Positions 8,355-19,273 of a stretch of DNA of 64,000 nt are shown one piece after another. The position numbers were made by a program, and so were the translations under genes. Every line of letters starts with the position of its first letter. Within the stretch, counting starts at the first letter, position 1. The stretch lies in the sequence record NC_022096.1; one strand, 5' to 3'. A model generated the notes under the pieces. That model had not been told where the DNA came from. It worked only from the letters and a program-made list of their open reading frames with translations, and searched no databases.

Positions 8355-10232
8355 TCAGAACTCGATGTGACGAGCCTTGGTGCTGTGCGTAAGCGGAGTG
8401 CGTTGGTTGCGTGTGATGTCAGCCAACTGGCGTGCAATCTTGCGGTTGACACGCTCATTCGCCAGCTTCTGGTTTGGCAACCAGCGACGTTTGCCGTCGT
8501 GTGTCTCGCCAGCAACTTCCATTGCCTCGCCGAAATTGCGTTGAGCCAGTGCTTTCATGCGACCAGTACCTTCACTGAGCACGGAGCCACGAACGCCACG
8601 GTTGTAGTTCTCGTAGAACAGGTCAGTACGTGCCATTGCAGCAGCAAGTGCTTCGTCACCCCCGCCGGCAGAGTCACCTTCAGGCATGTACTCCTTCTTA
8701 ACGTCGGCGAGACGCTTCTGGTACTTGCCGATACGCTTGAGCAGCTCGAAGTCGTCTTCCTGGTCAGCGAGCAAGGCGTCGAGGTTGAACCCGCCGGCAG
8801 CAGCCATAGCGCGAAGAGGCACAGGAACGCCTTTCTCGGTCAGAGCTTGCAGCATATCGAGATACGCCTGATCGCCTTCAGGCTTGAGCTGCTTGGCCCA
8901 GTGCACCGACGGAATCAACAGGCGAGAACCGTCCTGCAGAATCTCATGGTTGGACATCGAATCAAACTTGTCCAGCATGTTGCCTTTGATGGACAGCTTG
9001 CCGCTACGGTTCACGGTGAATCCGTGCAGCGCCGACACCAGCGGGAAGATTTTGTTGTAGAACAGCTTCGTGGTGATCGTGTCACGATACGAACGCAGAG
9101 CTTCGATGAACACGGTCAGCGACGTGTCCGCGTTGGAGTACGTGGCCTCACCGCTCAGGAAGGACTCGGAGATACCCAGGGCGCGCAGCTTCATCGCCAT
9201 GGTTTGATCCCAGATGTCCGTTACCTTCCAGAAGTCACCACCTTGGCGAATCTCCTCAGTGCTAATACCCATACGGGTTGCGATAACCGCACCCAGTGGG
9301 TCAGCGTCAGCGTTCTGGAACAGCTCCATAGCCATCTGCATATCGGCCATGGTCGGTTCCCACTGGTCACCGTCACCCAAGGTGAGGTGCAGGATACCGC
9401 GCTGACGACGGGCCGACTCCACTAGCGTCCCGCGGAACAGGTTCTTTTCCAGCAGCCAGATTGGCAGGATGCGACGGAAGTACGACACACCAGTCGAATT
9501 GGTGAACGACTTGCGTGGGATGTAGATGGTCGACAGCGGGTCCAGCTCCAGTGCATCGTTACTGATCTGCTTGACGACTTCCGCACCAAGGTACTCGCGC
9601 AGCTTCTTGATCCGTGGACTGTCGCTGCCCATAACTGCCTTGTGGCTGTCAGGGAATGCCACAGTAATCAACGGGTCCTGCGAATAGAACGGCAGCGGAT
9701 CAACCTTGCAGTTCTCATACTGGTGACAGATGAGGTCTACGAAGGTGTTCTTCTGCGGGTTGTACAGCATGTTCGCAACGAACGCGCCAGTCACCTGGTG
9801 GTCAATGGACAACTCGGGCAGCAGCGTACGGATGTTCAGACGTTCGATCACTTCCTCGAACGCTGCACTCACCTTTGGGTTCTGAATGCCGCCGATGTTG
9901 AAGTCGGAGAACGGCAATGTGGACGTCAGGTCAACGCACGATCCACCGATCGGGTCGTTGTAGTAGATGTCCTTGTACAGGCGCATGATGAGCTTCTTTT
10001 GTTCAAGGTCTTCGGAGAAGACGATGTCCTTAAGAAGCGGATCAATGTCGATTTCCAGGGGGAGCGAGGACACGCTGGTGTTTTTCAGCGGAGTACCTGC
10101 GGTAGCCTCAAACCCTTTGCCGCCTTTGCCTCGACGACCTGTATCATGGACACCAATATCGCGTGACGAGGTTGTGCCTGTACTTTGCGGCGCACCCTGA
10201 TGGATGAAACTCTGTTTGGACTTGATGCGCAT
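8355..10232 (-). CDS. portal protein
   Basis: 625 aa next to TerL; IYYNDPIGGSCVDL..LPFSDF and helical organisation as in large-myovirus portals. Confidence 0.75.
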   Translation of the reverse strand: MRIKSKQSFIHQGAPQSTGTTSSRDIGVHDTGRRGKGGKGFEATAGTPLKNTSVSSLPLEIDIDPLLKDIVFSEDLEQKKLIMRLYKDIYYNDPIGGSCVDLTSTLPFSDFNIGGIQNPKVSAAFEEVIERLNIRTLLPELSIDHQVTGAFVANMLYNPQKNTFVDLICHQYENCKVDPLPFYSQDPLITVAFPDSHKAVMGSDSPRIKKLREYLGAEVVKQISNDALELDPLSTIYIPRKSFTNSTGVSYFRRILPIWLLEKNLFRGTLVESARRQRGILHLTLGDGDQWEPTMADMQMAMELFQNADADPLGAVIATRMGISTEEIRQGGDFWKVTDIWDQTMAMKLRALGISESFLSGEATYSNADTSLTVFIEALRSYRDTITTKLFYNKIFPLVSALHGFTVNRSGKLSIKGNMLDKFDSMSNHEILQDGSRLLIPSVHWAKQLKPEGDQAYLDMLQALTEKGVPVPLRAMAAAGGFNLDALLADQEDDFELLKRIGKYQKRLADVKKEYMPEGDSAGGGDEALAAAMARTDLFYENYNRGVRGSVLSEGTGRMKALAQRNFGEAMEVAGETHDGKRRWLPNQKLANERVNRKIARQLADITRNQRTPLTHSTKARHIEF

Positions 10233-10239
10233 GATTACC

Positions 10240-10794
10240 TCAATCGCTGACCTTGTATTGCTTCTTCACTTCGCGGATGCGGTAGATGAAGAAACGACCT
10301 TGGCTCTCGGCGGCTTCGAGTTGCTTGGCGAGCTTCAAGGACACATCCTCGTAAACCCAGTGAACGTCGCTGTGGAAGACGACGTGTAGTTCCTTTGCCT
10401 TCTTGTCGAGCCAGGCGCGTGCCAGATTGGACGAGTCGATCTGTAGGACGTACAGGTTCGGATCGTTCTTGTCAGGCACATTGGAGGGCGTGCGCTTTCC
10501 CTTGCTGGATTTGACAGGAGCGTCAAGGCCACCCGTGCCCGCTTCAACAGGCACAGAACGAATCTTACCCTTCCAGCCTCTGGAGTTGTTGATAATGCGC
10601 TTGGCATCTTTTTCCTTGATCTTGAAGCGCACGTCGAGGTCGGAGCGCGCAACGACGTAGTGGTTGGCGCCGATCTTGCGATAGCCGAACTTGGCTTCTT
10701 TAACCAACTGGAGGTCGAACTCTGGATGATCAGTCACCAGCACCACATCGCGGCCCTGATACAGGAACCATTTATACCGTGAAATGTCGATCAT
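10240..10794 (-). CDS. KTSC-domain protein
   Basis: C-terminal IDSSNLARAWLD....LHVVF..D..WVYEDV......L..AESQGRFF..RIR. Confidence 0.75.
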   Translation of the reverse strand: MIDISRYKWFLYQGRDVVLVTDHPEFDLQLVKEAKFGYRKIGANHYVVARSDLDVRFKIKEKDAKRIINNSRGWKGKIRSVPVEAGTGGLDAPVKSSKGKRTPSNVPDKNDPNLYVLQIDSSNLARAWLDKKAKELHVVFHSDVHWVYEDVSLKLAKQLEAAESQGRFFIYRIREVKKQYKVSD

Positions 10795-10798
10795 GTTA

Positions 10799-12967
10799 TC
10801 ACCTACGTGCGCTGCCCATTATACCGAGGGTTCCGATGCCACCAGAGCCTCCGCCGATACCTCCACCGCCGCCAGAATATAGGCGAGACGCCGCGATTGC
10901 TACTGGGCGTGTGTTTGCTACAGCCTCGGGGGCAGCCATTAGAATGGCTTGATATTCCTCTTCCTGCAATCCACGAACTGCGAGCGACATGGCTCGGTAG
11001 GTATCGTCAGTGTACCCATCAGCTTTGTCCACCATGCGTGTGGTGTCTTTGACTGTAGCCATCTGCATCAGCAGGTGAGACACCGGCTGCCCATCGAAGC
11101 AGAGCGGGTAGTGCTCATCGTCAAACTCAATGCACTCGCGGAACGTCTGGCGCTCGGCCACAGGTAGTACCAACTCACCCTGTTGGAGAAGCGTCTTGAC
11201 TGCGAACATGTCCTTGTACTTCAAGGAATACTGCTCGGCGATTTCAAGTTCTTCCCGAAGAATCTTGGCGTCCTGCAACAACTTCACAGAGTTCCAGCGG
11301 TCGGCCAGCAGGATTCGCACGTTGCGCGCTTCCATGATGGGCATGATCACTTCGGTGAAGATGCGACTGTGGTTCAGCGGTGCGCCGCGCTCTGGGATGA
11401 TTTCAAACACGCACTCGATCTGGACCTTGTTGTAGTCGTCTAGTCGAGCACAAACACCTGCGAAAGAGTTGTTCGTGAGTCCGGCGTCCAGAGCAAGGAG
11501 TGATGGGTACTTGCTCTTTTTGAGCTTCTTGATTTCGGCCCATGTAAAGGACTCGCCTCGTTTCTTAGAGTGCTTAACACGGCGAACGAGACGGATCGTA
11601 TTTTTCTTGTCACCTTGAGCATCTTCAATCTCGGTGTGATTCTGCAGGAACGTGTTGGCCGCCAGTGGAGGCACGGCACCGTAGTCACGTTCCGCGTTAA
11701 GTGGGTCTGTGCGATACGCCTCGGAAATGACCTTGGAGTTTCGCGGCAGGGTTGGGTTCACTTCCCAAGTGGGGCGCACAACACCGTACATGATGTCCGA
11801 GTGCTCTGCACGACGTACCAGGGTCATGATCATATCGTTCCGACTCGCAGGCGACGACACGTTCATGGCGTACCCAGGGTAGACATCATCGTACCCAAGG
11901 TTGATCAGACGTTCAGCGGCACCACGAACAGTCAGCAATGAACGGTCGAGAGCGCCCGCCACTTCGTGGGCGTTGTCCTTTACCTTCTTGGTGTCACGGT
12001 TCGCATCGAAGTAGCCGATTTCGTCGATTGCGGTGAAGTAACGAGTACGACCACGGAGAACCCGCTTGTCCGGGCCAGCCGGATAGGCCATCAGACCACG
12101 GCTCGGGTAAGCCACGTAGGTATCGTTGAACTTCAGGAGCTTCTCGCCGTACTTTTCCTCGTAATGACGCAGCATGCCGTGATACTCGCGGAACCATTGC
12201 GATTCCGTGAGCGTGGCATAGAAGTTCTGCCACAAGGTGTCTTTCGCCTGCGCGTAGGTCAGCGCAACGAAGGTACAGTGAAGCATGGTGCCCGTCTTCA
12301 ACCCGTAGAATGCGTTCGGGTTTTGCAACTTGAGGAGGCGATGCGTATGGTAGGGTGCAAAGTAACCGGCGATGGACAGAGACTTACCAGAACGCTGGCC
12401 GGCACAGACCGCCAACTCCTGGATAAACTTCATCTTGCCTTTCTTGATGAGCTTCGACCGACCCCATCCGCAATGCGGGCAGACGCCGTGCTCAAGCATG
12501 GCTACCTTGCGCTCCAGTTTACGGTAGGTATCATCCACCTTGTGATCGACGTACAGATACTCTACGTCGGAACACCGTGGGCAATACTCGTTGAACGTGA
12601 TGATGCCCCAGGTCAACTGCTCGATGTACGGCTTCTCACCGTTGGTCATCGCAAAGCGGTCGTTGGTACACCATTCGTACACGTTCTTCGCTACCGGAAT
12701 GCCGGAGTCGTCAATCTTCATATCACGAGGTACGAGGATTTTGGAATCCACGACCTCGCGAATGGTGCGGGCAATGTCGATTTCCTGCTCGTCAAAATTG
12801 CCGGCAGTGATCGCGTGCGCCGCCTTGTTCATGTTCTCTGGATCGAAGTCTTGCGCGGCTACTTCACCGCCACGCAGACCACTCAAGAACTTGAACGGGT
12901 CAGCTAGGGCAACATCGTACGGATTTGCTCCTTTTAGATTCTTGCCCTTTTTGATCTTCATGGTCAC
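10799..12967 (-). CDS. terL: terminase large subunit
   Basis: Walker A CAGQRSGKS, Walker B AIDEIG, nuclease LALDAG..NNSFA; CPRC/CPHC zinc-finger-like pairs near the N-terminus. Confidence 0.9.
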   Translation of the reverse strand: MTMKIKKGKNLKGANPYDVALADPFKFLSGLRGGEVAAQDFDPENMNKAAHAITAGNFDEQEIDIARTIREVVDSKILVPRDMKIDDSGIPVAKNVYEWCTNDRFAMTNGEKPYIEQLTWGIITFNEYCPRCSDVEYLYVDHKVDDTYRKLERKVAMLEHGVCPHCGWGRSKLIKKGKMKFIQELAVCAGQRSGKSLSIAGYFAPYHTHRLLKLQNPNAFYGLKTGTMLHCTFVALTYAQAKDTLWQNFYATLTESQWFREYHGMLRHYEEKYGEKLLKFNDTYVAYPSRGLMAYPAGPDKRVLRGRTRYFTAIDEIGYFDANRDTKKVKDNAHEVAGALDRSLLTVRGAAERLINLGYDDVYPGYAMNVSSPASRNDMIMTLVRRAEHSDIMYGVVRPTWEVNPTLPRNSKVISEAYRTDPLNAERDYGAVPPLAANTFLQNHTEIEDAQGDKKNTIRLVRRVKHSKKRGESFTWAEIKKLKKSKYPSLLALDAGLTNNSFAGVCARLDDYNKVQIECVFEIIPERGAPLNHSRIFTEVIMPIMEARNVRILLADRWNSVKLLQDAKILREELEIAEQYSLKYKDMFAVKTLLQQGELVLPVAERQTFRECIEFDDEHYPLCFDGQPVSHLLMQMATVKDTTRMVDKADGYTDDTYRAMSLAVRGLQEEEYQAILMAAPEAVANTRPVAIAASRLYSGGGGGIGGGSGGIGTLGIMGSARR

Positions 12968-13746
12968 TTCCTCGATGCACGAACACCCACTGTGTTCTGC
13001 GGCATGTGCTCCATGTCAGGATCAACTCCTGACTTGGTAACAGTTGCCGCATAGTGTTTGGTCATTGCAGCGATGGCGTCTGGGATGCGCTTGCGGTTCA
13101 GAGCGAGAATCACCTCGTCGGCCGTCTTGATTGACAGGCGCATCAGCAGGGTATTCTTCATCTTCTCCGGGAGCGACATCTGGTTGACTATGGAGGTCAC
13201 TATGTTGAGGCGCGAGATTGGCACCAAAGCGTCAGGGATCGCTTCGTCCAACTCGATTTCCATGTCCAGACCATCACGCAATGCTGCTTCTACGAAATTA
13301 GAAGCATCGTGGTGTGCGAACAGAAGGGATGCCGACTCTAGCAGAGTGTTGCGCAGCACTTCCTCTTTGGCCTGTGTGCCCTCACGCACTTCGGCCAATA
13401 TGTGGTCTGGAACTTCGATTTCGTTCTCACCTTTGACCGGATACTCGGTTGGGCGATAGTTGATACCGTCGTGCATCTTGTTGTGTTGGTGCCCATCATC
13501 ATCTGGGAACTCAACTTCGATTTCCATTACCTCTGGGAAATCGTCATCGTCGTCTTGCGGAGGCACTGTGACGTATTCTGGCTCTGGAGCGACAGTCGGT
13601 TTTGGCTTAGAAACGACTGTGCCGAGAGTAGGCAGTTTCTTGGCCTTTTCTCGGCAGACAGTTGTTGGGATGGTAAGCTCAGGGTTATAACGAACCCCGT
13701 GGAAAGCCAAACTGGGGACATTGTCCCCAGTGTGGTTTTCGAGCAT
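12964..13746 (-). CDS. hypothetical protein directly upstream of TerL (possible small terminase)
   Basis: Start MLENH chosen to avoid overlapping the helicase; ATGA coupling to terL; function inferred only from position. Confidence 0.55.
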   Translation of the reverse strand: MLENHTGDNVPSLAFHGVRYNPELTIPTTVCREKAKKLPTLGTVVSKPKPTVAPEPEYVTVPPQDDDDDFPEVMEIEVEFPDDDGHQHNKMHDGINYRPTEYPVKGENEIEVPDHILAEVREGTQAKEEVLRNTLLESASLLFAHHDASNFVEAALRDGLDMEIELDEAIPDALVPISRLNIVTSIVNQMSLPEKMKNTLLMRLSIKTADEVILALNRKRIPDAIAAMTKHYAATVTKSGVDPDMEHMPQNTVGVRASRK

Positions 13747-13762
13747 TCCGAAGAGAGCCGCA

Positions 13763-15229
13763 CTAAGCGAGAGCGTAGTCTCCTGCGACTTCTTCCTCTT
13801 CGTCTCCGCTTCGTTTCTTTTTCTTGGATTTCCGAGGCTCATCGTCAGACTCGCTTCGTTTTCCTTTCTTGCCTTTCTTGGACTTGTCGCCTTTCCGTTT
13901 CTTGGAAGGCGCATCTTCTTCGTCATCCTCTGATGAGTAGTCAACCTGCGCATCGGGCATGTTCTCAGCGGTCATGATGTCGTACCGCTCAGCCAGCTCG
14001 AAGTTAAACACCTCACCGTCACGGTCTTTCTCAACCCGAATCGGCAAGATGCGCAGTTCACGTTGCTCTTGCTTGGTGTAGTTCCACTGCCACATGGTGT
14101 CGGCGTGTTCTTTGATACCCTTCGAGTAGCGCAGCTTATCTGTGGTATCGTCCAACTGAGCAAGGATAACCACAAGGCACTTGCTGCCTTCACGACTGAA
14201 TCGCTTGGACACGGCCGCAACTTCGGAGAGCTTGAACCACTGAGACTCGTGGTCCATGCCAGCGAGAAGGCCGATGTAGTCGATCATCACGATCTGGTAG
14301 CTGAACGGCTTGATCATGCGGTACACGTCGTCAATCGACATGGCTCGCGTTGGGCTGATCGTGGTGTAGACGATGCCGTGCTTCTGCCCGTGCTCACTGA
14401 ACAGACGGAAGGCTTCCTTGATCTTGTGCTTGTCGCCGGAGGTGAGCTTGTTCTCCTTAAACTTGTTGAACGGAATCTTCGTCAGGTGCGACGCAAGCCT
14501 TCGTGTCTCTTGTTCCTCGTCCATTTCCAAACTGATCCGACACACGGACTTGTTGGACTTGCGGTAGAGGTAAACACTCAGGTTCATCGCAACGGTCGAT
14601 TTACCACCGGACGTAGTTGCCGAGATAATGAACACGCCATGTTCTGGCAGGCCGCCGTTTCGCTTGTCGTACTCAGCATAGCCAGTCTTGATTCGCGGCT
14701 CGACCGTTCGGTTGATGATGTTGTCCACGATTTGCGCGGACGAGTCATTCGTACCGAAGTTGAGGAAGAACTGGTCATCGGCAAGGCTGGCGTTGGCGCG
14801 GCTCACAGCTTCCGTTACGTCGGAGAGCAGAGAATCAACGTCGATGTCTGGCTTGTCGAGAGCCGCGAAGCTGTCTTGGGCAATCGCGTAAATCGCACGA
14901 ATCTTGCGGTACCGCTCAAGTACATCCAGCAGGTTGCCTATCTGCTTTTTGTTCTTGCACGGCTTGGCCTTTTTAATCTGGGACTTCAATGCGTCCCGCA
15001 GGTCTTCATCGATTACAGGATCGGCAGCCAGGCTGTTGAAGTCAACGATTTCAAATCGCTTCTTGGCCAGGGTGTCGATCCGCTTGAATGCTTCGAGCGT
15101 AGGAGCATTGTGGAAATGCTCCTTACTCAGCTTACCGAGAAGGGTGCTGCGGACGCCAGCAGGGATGGACTCGTCGGTCAGTGTCTTGATGCACCGAACT
15201 TCGGAGTCCTGATCATATAGCAGCGCCAT
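13763..15229 (-). CDS. dnaB: DnaB-like replicative helicase
   Basis: Walker A ISATTSGGKST, ISLEM, MIDYIGL, LAQL motifs; charged K/D/E C-terminal tail. Confidence 0.9.
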   Translation of the reverse strand: MALLYDQDSEVRCIKTLTDESIPAGVRSTLLGKLSKEHFHNAPTLEAFKRIDTLAKKRFEIVDFNSLAADPVIDEDLRDALKSQIKKAKPCKNKKQIGNLLDVLERYRKIRAIYAIAQDSFAALDKPDIDVDSLLSDVTEAVSRANASLADDQFFLNFGTNDSSAQIVDNIINRTVEPRIKTGYAEYDKRNGGLPEHGVFIISATTSGGKSTVAMNLSVYLYRKSNKSVCRISLEMDEEQETRRLASHLTKIPFNKFKENKLTSGDKHKIKEAFRLFSEHGQKHGIVYTTISPTRAMSIDDVYRMIKPFSYQIVMIDYIGLLAGMDHESQWFKLSEVAAVSKRFSREGSKCLVVILAQLDDTTDKLRYSKGIKEHADTMWQWNYTKQEQRELRILPIRVEKDRDGEVFNFELAERYDIMTAENMPDAQVDYSSEDDEEDAPSKKRKGDKSKKGKKGKRSESDDEPRKSKKKKRSGDEEEEVAGDYALA

Positions 15230-15236
15230 GTGTCAG

Positions 15237-15638
15237 TCACTCATCAACCCAGATGGAAAGCTCCGGATACTTCTCGGTAACGGCCTTCACCCAGACGTTC
15301 CAAGGCGCACAGTCCTCGACAACATTCAGGTGAACTACTTGCCGCGTGTTGTTCGACGTCGGATTCATATCCGAGGCCGAGACGCTGCGTCGCTTGTACT
15401 TGTTGATCTTGAGGCGCTTGAACGGCGTCTCAAGAGCACGAACGGCTGCCTCGAAGTCGGGACGGTTGACGACGATGCGGTCGCTAACAATACCGAAGGC
15501 ACGGTTCGTGGTGATGTTTTGATTCTCCTTGACCACTTTGCTGATGTGAAGGAACAGCAGTCGCTTGAAGCTGTCCTCTGTTACACCGCTGAAACAGGCG
15601 AATGCAGCCTTTTCCAGAATCCAAGCGTCGGTACTCAT
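15237..15638 (-). CDS. hypothetical protein
   Basis: 133-aa ORF, coupled to neighbours. Confidence 0.7.
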   Translation of the reverse strand: MSTDAWILEKAAFACFSGVTEDSFKRLLFLHISKVVKENQNITTNRAFGIVSDRIVVNRPDFEAAVRALETPFKRLKINKYKRRSVSASDMNPTSNNTRQVVHLNVVEDCAPWNVWVKAVTEKYPELSIWVDE

Positions 15639-16768
15639 GCAACGCTCCTGTGCTTGATCAATTCAGTTCCAACCTTTCTCAGGAACTTAGTCAGTCTCTC
15701 TTTACACACTCCGAGGTGATCGGCGAGGTGAGGGACCACATTTTCGTGTTTGGTGCGGGAAACAAAATCCGCACAATCTTCATCCAGCTTGATGAACCCA
15801 CGCGCTCGCAGGTAGCGAGTAAAGCGCGAGTCGTCTTGGCCGCTAACGATCAGAATGGCACGACGCCGTACTCGGGACTTTCCAAGTGCGCTGACAACCC
15901 GCTCGAAGTTCAGGTCAGACAGCATCTTGCTGGAGTCGTTTTGGTTCGCCGCGTTAAGCGTACCCTCGTAACTGAAAAGCTCCTCTCCGTCGATCACGGC
16001 GAGTTGGTTCTCAGAAACACAGGTCAGGCTGAAACTCTGCCCGCCGAATCCGTCGCTCCCTGCATTGTTCATGCGACGGCGTTTGTCCGATGTCTTAGCG
16101 CTGATGATGTTGAGCGCGTGGTTGGTGCAGGTCGATCGCAGGTAGTTCAGGATGTGCGCCTGCGACTTATCGGACGGTACCATCATGTAATACGCCTTGA
16201 TGGCTTTGTACAGCAACTCGCCGTTGAAGTCCGAAAACTCCGCGTTCTCGGCGTTGACCAGGAACTTGAGCTTGCGGAAGGTCTTCTGGCGAACGTGCTT
16301 CATCAACTCAGGGTACATATCGTTGAAGTCGCGCTGCGCACGCTCTACGCTGCCTTCTTCGATGTCCTCTGGTTTCAAGGACTTGACCCTTGCGGATTTC
16401 CGCATTGACCTGCGGAACTTCGCATCCTCGAACGCACGGCGCAACAACACCGCGTCATTGCGGACAATCTCGAACGCATTGGCGAAGTGGTGGATGGTGT
16501 CCACGTTCACTGCCGACTTGCAGAGGTTGAGCGCCATGAACTTGACGTTCAAGGTGAAGTACGACTTTTCGATCAGGCTCAGGCGAAAATCTTTTGCGCT
16601 GATGTCCAGATCGCGGAAGCGTACATTGTCTTTCAGGAAATGCTGGTACGCATAAGCATCGCACACGCCACACAGGTAACGGAGCGTCTCCTGTGCAACA
16701 CGGATCGCACGCGGCTGATCCAAGTCCAACTTGAGGACGTGGCGAAGTGCAGAACACAAACTTTCCAT
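15635..16768 (-). CDS. possible sigma-factor-like transcription protein
   Basis: MYPELMKHVRQK..RKL...DFNGELLYKAIKAY....LNYLRSTCTNHALN weakly resembles sigma region 2. Confidence 0.4.
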   Translation of the reverse strand: MESLCSALRHVLKLDLDQPRAIRVAQETLRYLCGVCDAYAYQHFLKDNVRFRDLDISAKDFRLSLIEKSYFTLNVKFMALNLCKSAVNVDTIHHFANAFEIVRNDAVLLRRAFEDAKFRRSMRKSARVKSLKPEDIEEGSVERAQRDFNDMYPELMKHVRQKTFRKLKFLVNAENAEFSDFNGELLYKAIKAYYMMVPSDKSQAHILNYLRSTCTNHALNIISAKTSDKRRRMNNAGSDGFGGQSFSLTCVSENQLAVIDGEELFSYEGTLNAANQNDSSKMLSDLNFERVVSALGKSRVRRRAILIVSGQDDSRFTRYLRARGFIKLDEDCADFVSRTKHENVVPHLADHLGVCKERLTKFLRKVGTELIKHRSVA

Positions 16769-16773
16769 GTTGG

Positions 16774-17607
16774 TTAATCTCCCGATACGCTGATGATTAC
16801 GTCCCCACCGGAATCGTTGCGGCTCTTACGGGGCTTGTAGCCCTTGGCTTCACGTTCCATGTTGCGACCTTCCATCATGCCGTTCACGAGGTCAACCAGG
16901 TCAATGGTCTTCTTCTGCTTACGGCGCGGGAGTTTGTTCTCTTTGAACACCGTGTCGATGGTGGTGATCTGCCCACCTGCCGACTCGTTGGTCATGTTGA
17001 GGTCGTACTCTTCCTCACAACGCAGACGCTTGGTCAGCAACCGAGTCGTGTCAGGATCGACGAGGCGGCTCTTCGCAACCATCTTCTGGCGCAGCTCGTT
17101 GAACTCTTCCACGGTGAAAATGTGGTCTTCGTTCGTGGAGCGAGCGAAAGTGAGGTTGCACTTGCCGTCCTGAGAGGTGAGGCGGATGTACTCACTGCTC
17201 ACCGACATGATCCGCGCGATCATGAAGTTGGACAGGTAGTTGGCACCAGCAGCACCACGGTAGCGTACATAAACCTTCTGGCCGAAGTGGAACCCTGCTT
17301 TTCGAGTTTTCTTCTCGTTATACAAAAGCGAGGCCAACGCACGAAGGCCTTCTTCTGGGACCGCTTGGAATAGGGACACCAGACCGTCGAAAGCATCCCG
17401 CTTCATGAGCGGTTGTAGCGCTTTCGTGTCTGCGATGAAATGCGGGCAGGCTGCCGAGGTTGAAGTCTTGTCGATCTTCGAGCATACCTGCTTGTTATCT
17501 GCGATTAGCTTTTCACACTTGAAGCCAACGCATTCACCACAGCGGGGTTGGAGGCTTTTTAGACTTGCCTTTACCTGCTTGCGTGTGCGTGTTGTCATGT
17601 CCATCAT
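16774..17607 (-). CDS. hypothetical Cys-rich protein
   Basis: CGEC..C..C..C cluster, SH3-like FGQKVYVRY segment, C-terminal GGDVIISVSG. Confidence 0.7.
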   Translation of the reverse strand: MMDMTTRTRKQVKASLKSLQPRCGECVGFKCEKLIADNKQVCSKIDKTSTSAACPHFIADTKALQPLMKRDAFDGLVSLFQAVPEEGLRALASLLYNEKKTRKAGFHFGQKVYVRYRGAAGANYLSNFMIARIMSVSSEYIRLTSQDGKCNLTFARSTNEDHIFTVEEFNELRQKMVAKSRLVDPDTTRLLTKRLRCEEEYDLNMTNESAGGQITTIDTVFKENKLPRRKQKKTIDLVDLVNGMMEGRNMEREAKGYKPRKSRNDSGGDVIISVSGD

Positions 17608-18064
17608 TCAAGTAACCCTTTTTCTTTAGTGTCTCAGCGAGACAGAGGAGCAGAGCTTGGTCCAGATTCCGAAGCCCTGAATCGATCTTGTACAGATGCA
17701 ATGCTTTATGCACCGCGTCTGGGATGCGCGAACTTACCATCCACTCCTTACCAGCAACCGAGTTATCGATGGCCGACAGGATGGAGTTCACGAGGATTTC
17801 CAGATAGGGTTTTGCGTTTAGTTCTTCATTTTCGTTCGCCCAGTAGCGGCGTTTGATGCTCCGTCCAGTTCTCGTCCTTGCCACAATAGCCTCAGCATGA
17901 GCATGAAGCTGGTTGTGGCACTGTGCGCACAGCGGAATCTGCAGGCTATCTTTTCCTCCCAGAGCCTGCGGAACCGTGTGGTGCCAATGGAGCAAGGTGA
18001 AATACTTCGTGCAAATGAAGCAGTTGCCCGAGTCGTACTTCACCAACTTGGCTGTGTTACTCAT
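17534..18064 (-). CDS. HNH endonuclease
   Basis: CFIC....LHWHHTVPQALGG......LCAQCHNQLH. Confidence 0.85.
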   Translation of the reverse strand: MSNTAKLVKYDSGNCFICTKYFTLLHWHHTVPQALGGKDSLQIPLCAQCHNQLHAHAEAIVARTRTGRSIKRRYWANENEELNAKPYLEILVNSILSAIDNSVAGKEWMVSSRIPDAVHKALHLYKIDSGLRNLDQALLLCLAETLKKKGYLNDGHDNTHTQAGKGKSKKPPTPLW

Positions 18065-19064
18065 CTTCGTTGAGGCTAAACGGCAGCCCCCAATCAACCT
18101 CGACCGTTCGCAGTGTCAGGTCGAGGGCTTTGCGCTGTCGCTCGTCCACGATCCACGCCAACCACAGATTTGGGTTGCGTGGGTTGGGGACAAACTTCGT
18201 GCTCGCCAGTGCGTACCGAGTGTGCGATCGGCTGTTCACCTGTTCCAACAACTCGATGATCTTGTCGTTGGCTTCGGTAGCCGCGATTTCGCGCTTCGGC
18301 CCCGAGCGTTTGGCGATCTTGAATCCGCCTTTGACCTTGCGAACGCCGGAGTCGATGCCCAGCTTCTTGTGGTCAAACGCGAAGATGTACTGTTGTTCCA
18401 ACACCAGGTAACCGTCGCCAACGCGAGTCACCTTGAAGCCTGCCCGTTCGAGCTTGGAGGGGTCGATCTGTGCGCCGAGGTCTTTGAACAGCGGCGTGAC
18501 CGGCATCTGGAATGCCAAGAACGGCAGACCCTTCGTCGAATTTGGGAGTTTGGTGTAGAACTTACCGTAGGAAGCCGCCAGGTTCGCAATCGCCTTATCG
18601 GCGTCTGCGTCGGTGCCCATCTTCTTGCTGGTGCGGTGAGAGCGCACTTGAGCGATGTGGGCGTCCAAAGCGGACTTGATGTCGTCGTACGGGAAAGAGT
18701 CCATATAGCTCTGGACAAGTTCGCGCGTAGAGAGCCGATCATCACGGTCAGCGAAGATGGTGTTGTTGGCCAACTCCGTGGTAACGCGCAAGGTGCGAGT
18801 CAGGAGCTTGTTGATGCCAACCGGCACCAGCTCACGGGTTTCTTCGTTTGCACGATAGCCCTTGAGTTGCTGCTCAGCATCTTGTACGTCGGTGATGATG
18901 GAAGTGAGAGCCAAACGTAGCTGGCTCATTTTGATGGTGTTGCCCTGCTTAGTACCTTCGATCAGGTTGTTCAGCAGTGTGGTGGATTTCCACAGATCAA
19001 CGAGTGACCGCGGTAGTTCCGGATTTTCATTGCGCTCCAACTCTGCAATGTAAGAGTCGATCAT
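18057..19064 (-). CDS. hypothetical protein
   Basis: 335-aa ORF. Confidence 0.75.
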   Translation of the reverse strand: MIDSYIAELERNENPELPRSLVDLWKSTTLLNNLIEGTKQGNTIKMSQLRLALTSIITDVQDAEQQLKGYRANEETRELVPVGINKLLTRTLRVTTELANNTIFADRDDRLSTRELVQSYMDSFPYDDIKSALDAHIAQVRSHRTSKKMGTDADADKAIANLAASYGKFYTKLPNSTKGLPFLAFQMPVTPLFKDLGAQIDPSKLERAGFKVTRVGDGYLVLEQQYIFAFDHKKLGIDSGVRKVKGGFKIAKRSGPKREIAATEANDKIIELLEQVNSRSHTRYALASTKFVPNPRNPNLWLAWIVDERQRKALDLTLRTVEVDWGLPFSLNEDE

Positions 19065-19273
19065 GGCATGTCCCCTGTTGCCAGATGTGATAAGGACTTA
19101 AATTATCTAGGCCCTTATCAGGTTGCAGCGCGGGCTTGTCAGAATCCGTGTCCTGACTTCGCTAGACACGCTGGTTAATGCAGAACGCCGACCTGTAAAA
19201 GCATCGACGTTCTGGTATTGGCTAGGTGTGCAAACTTTTTGGTGATCTTCGTCACTGTGTTTACACACTTGCT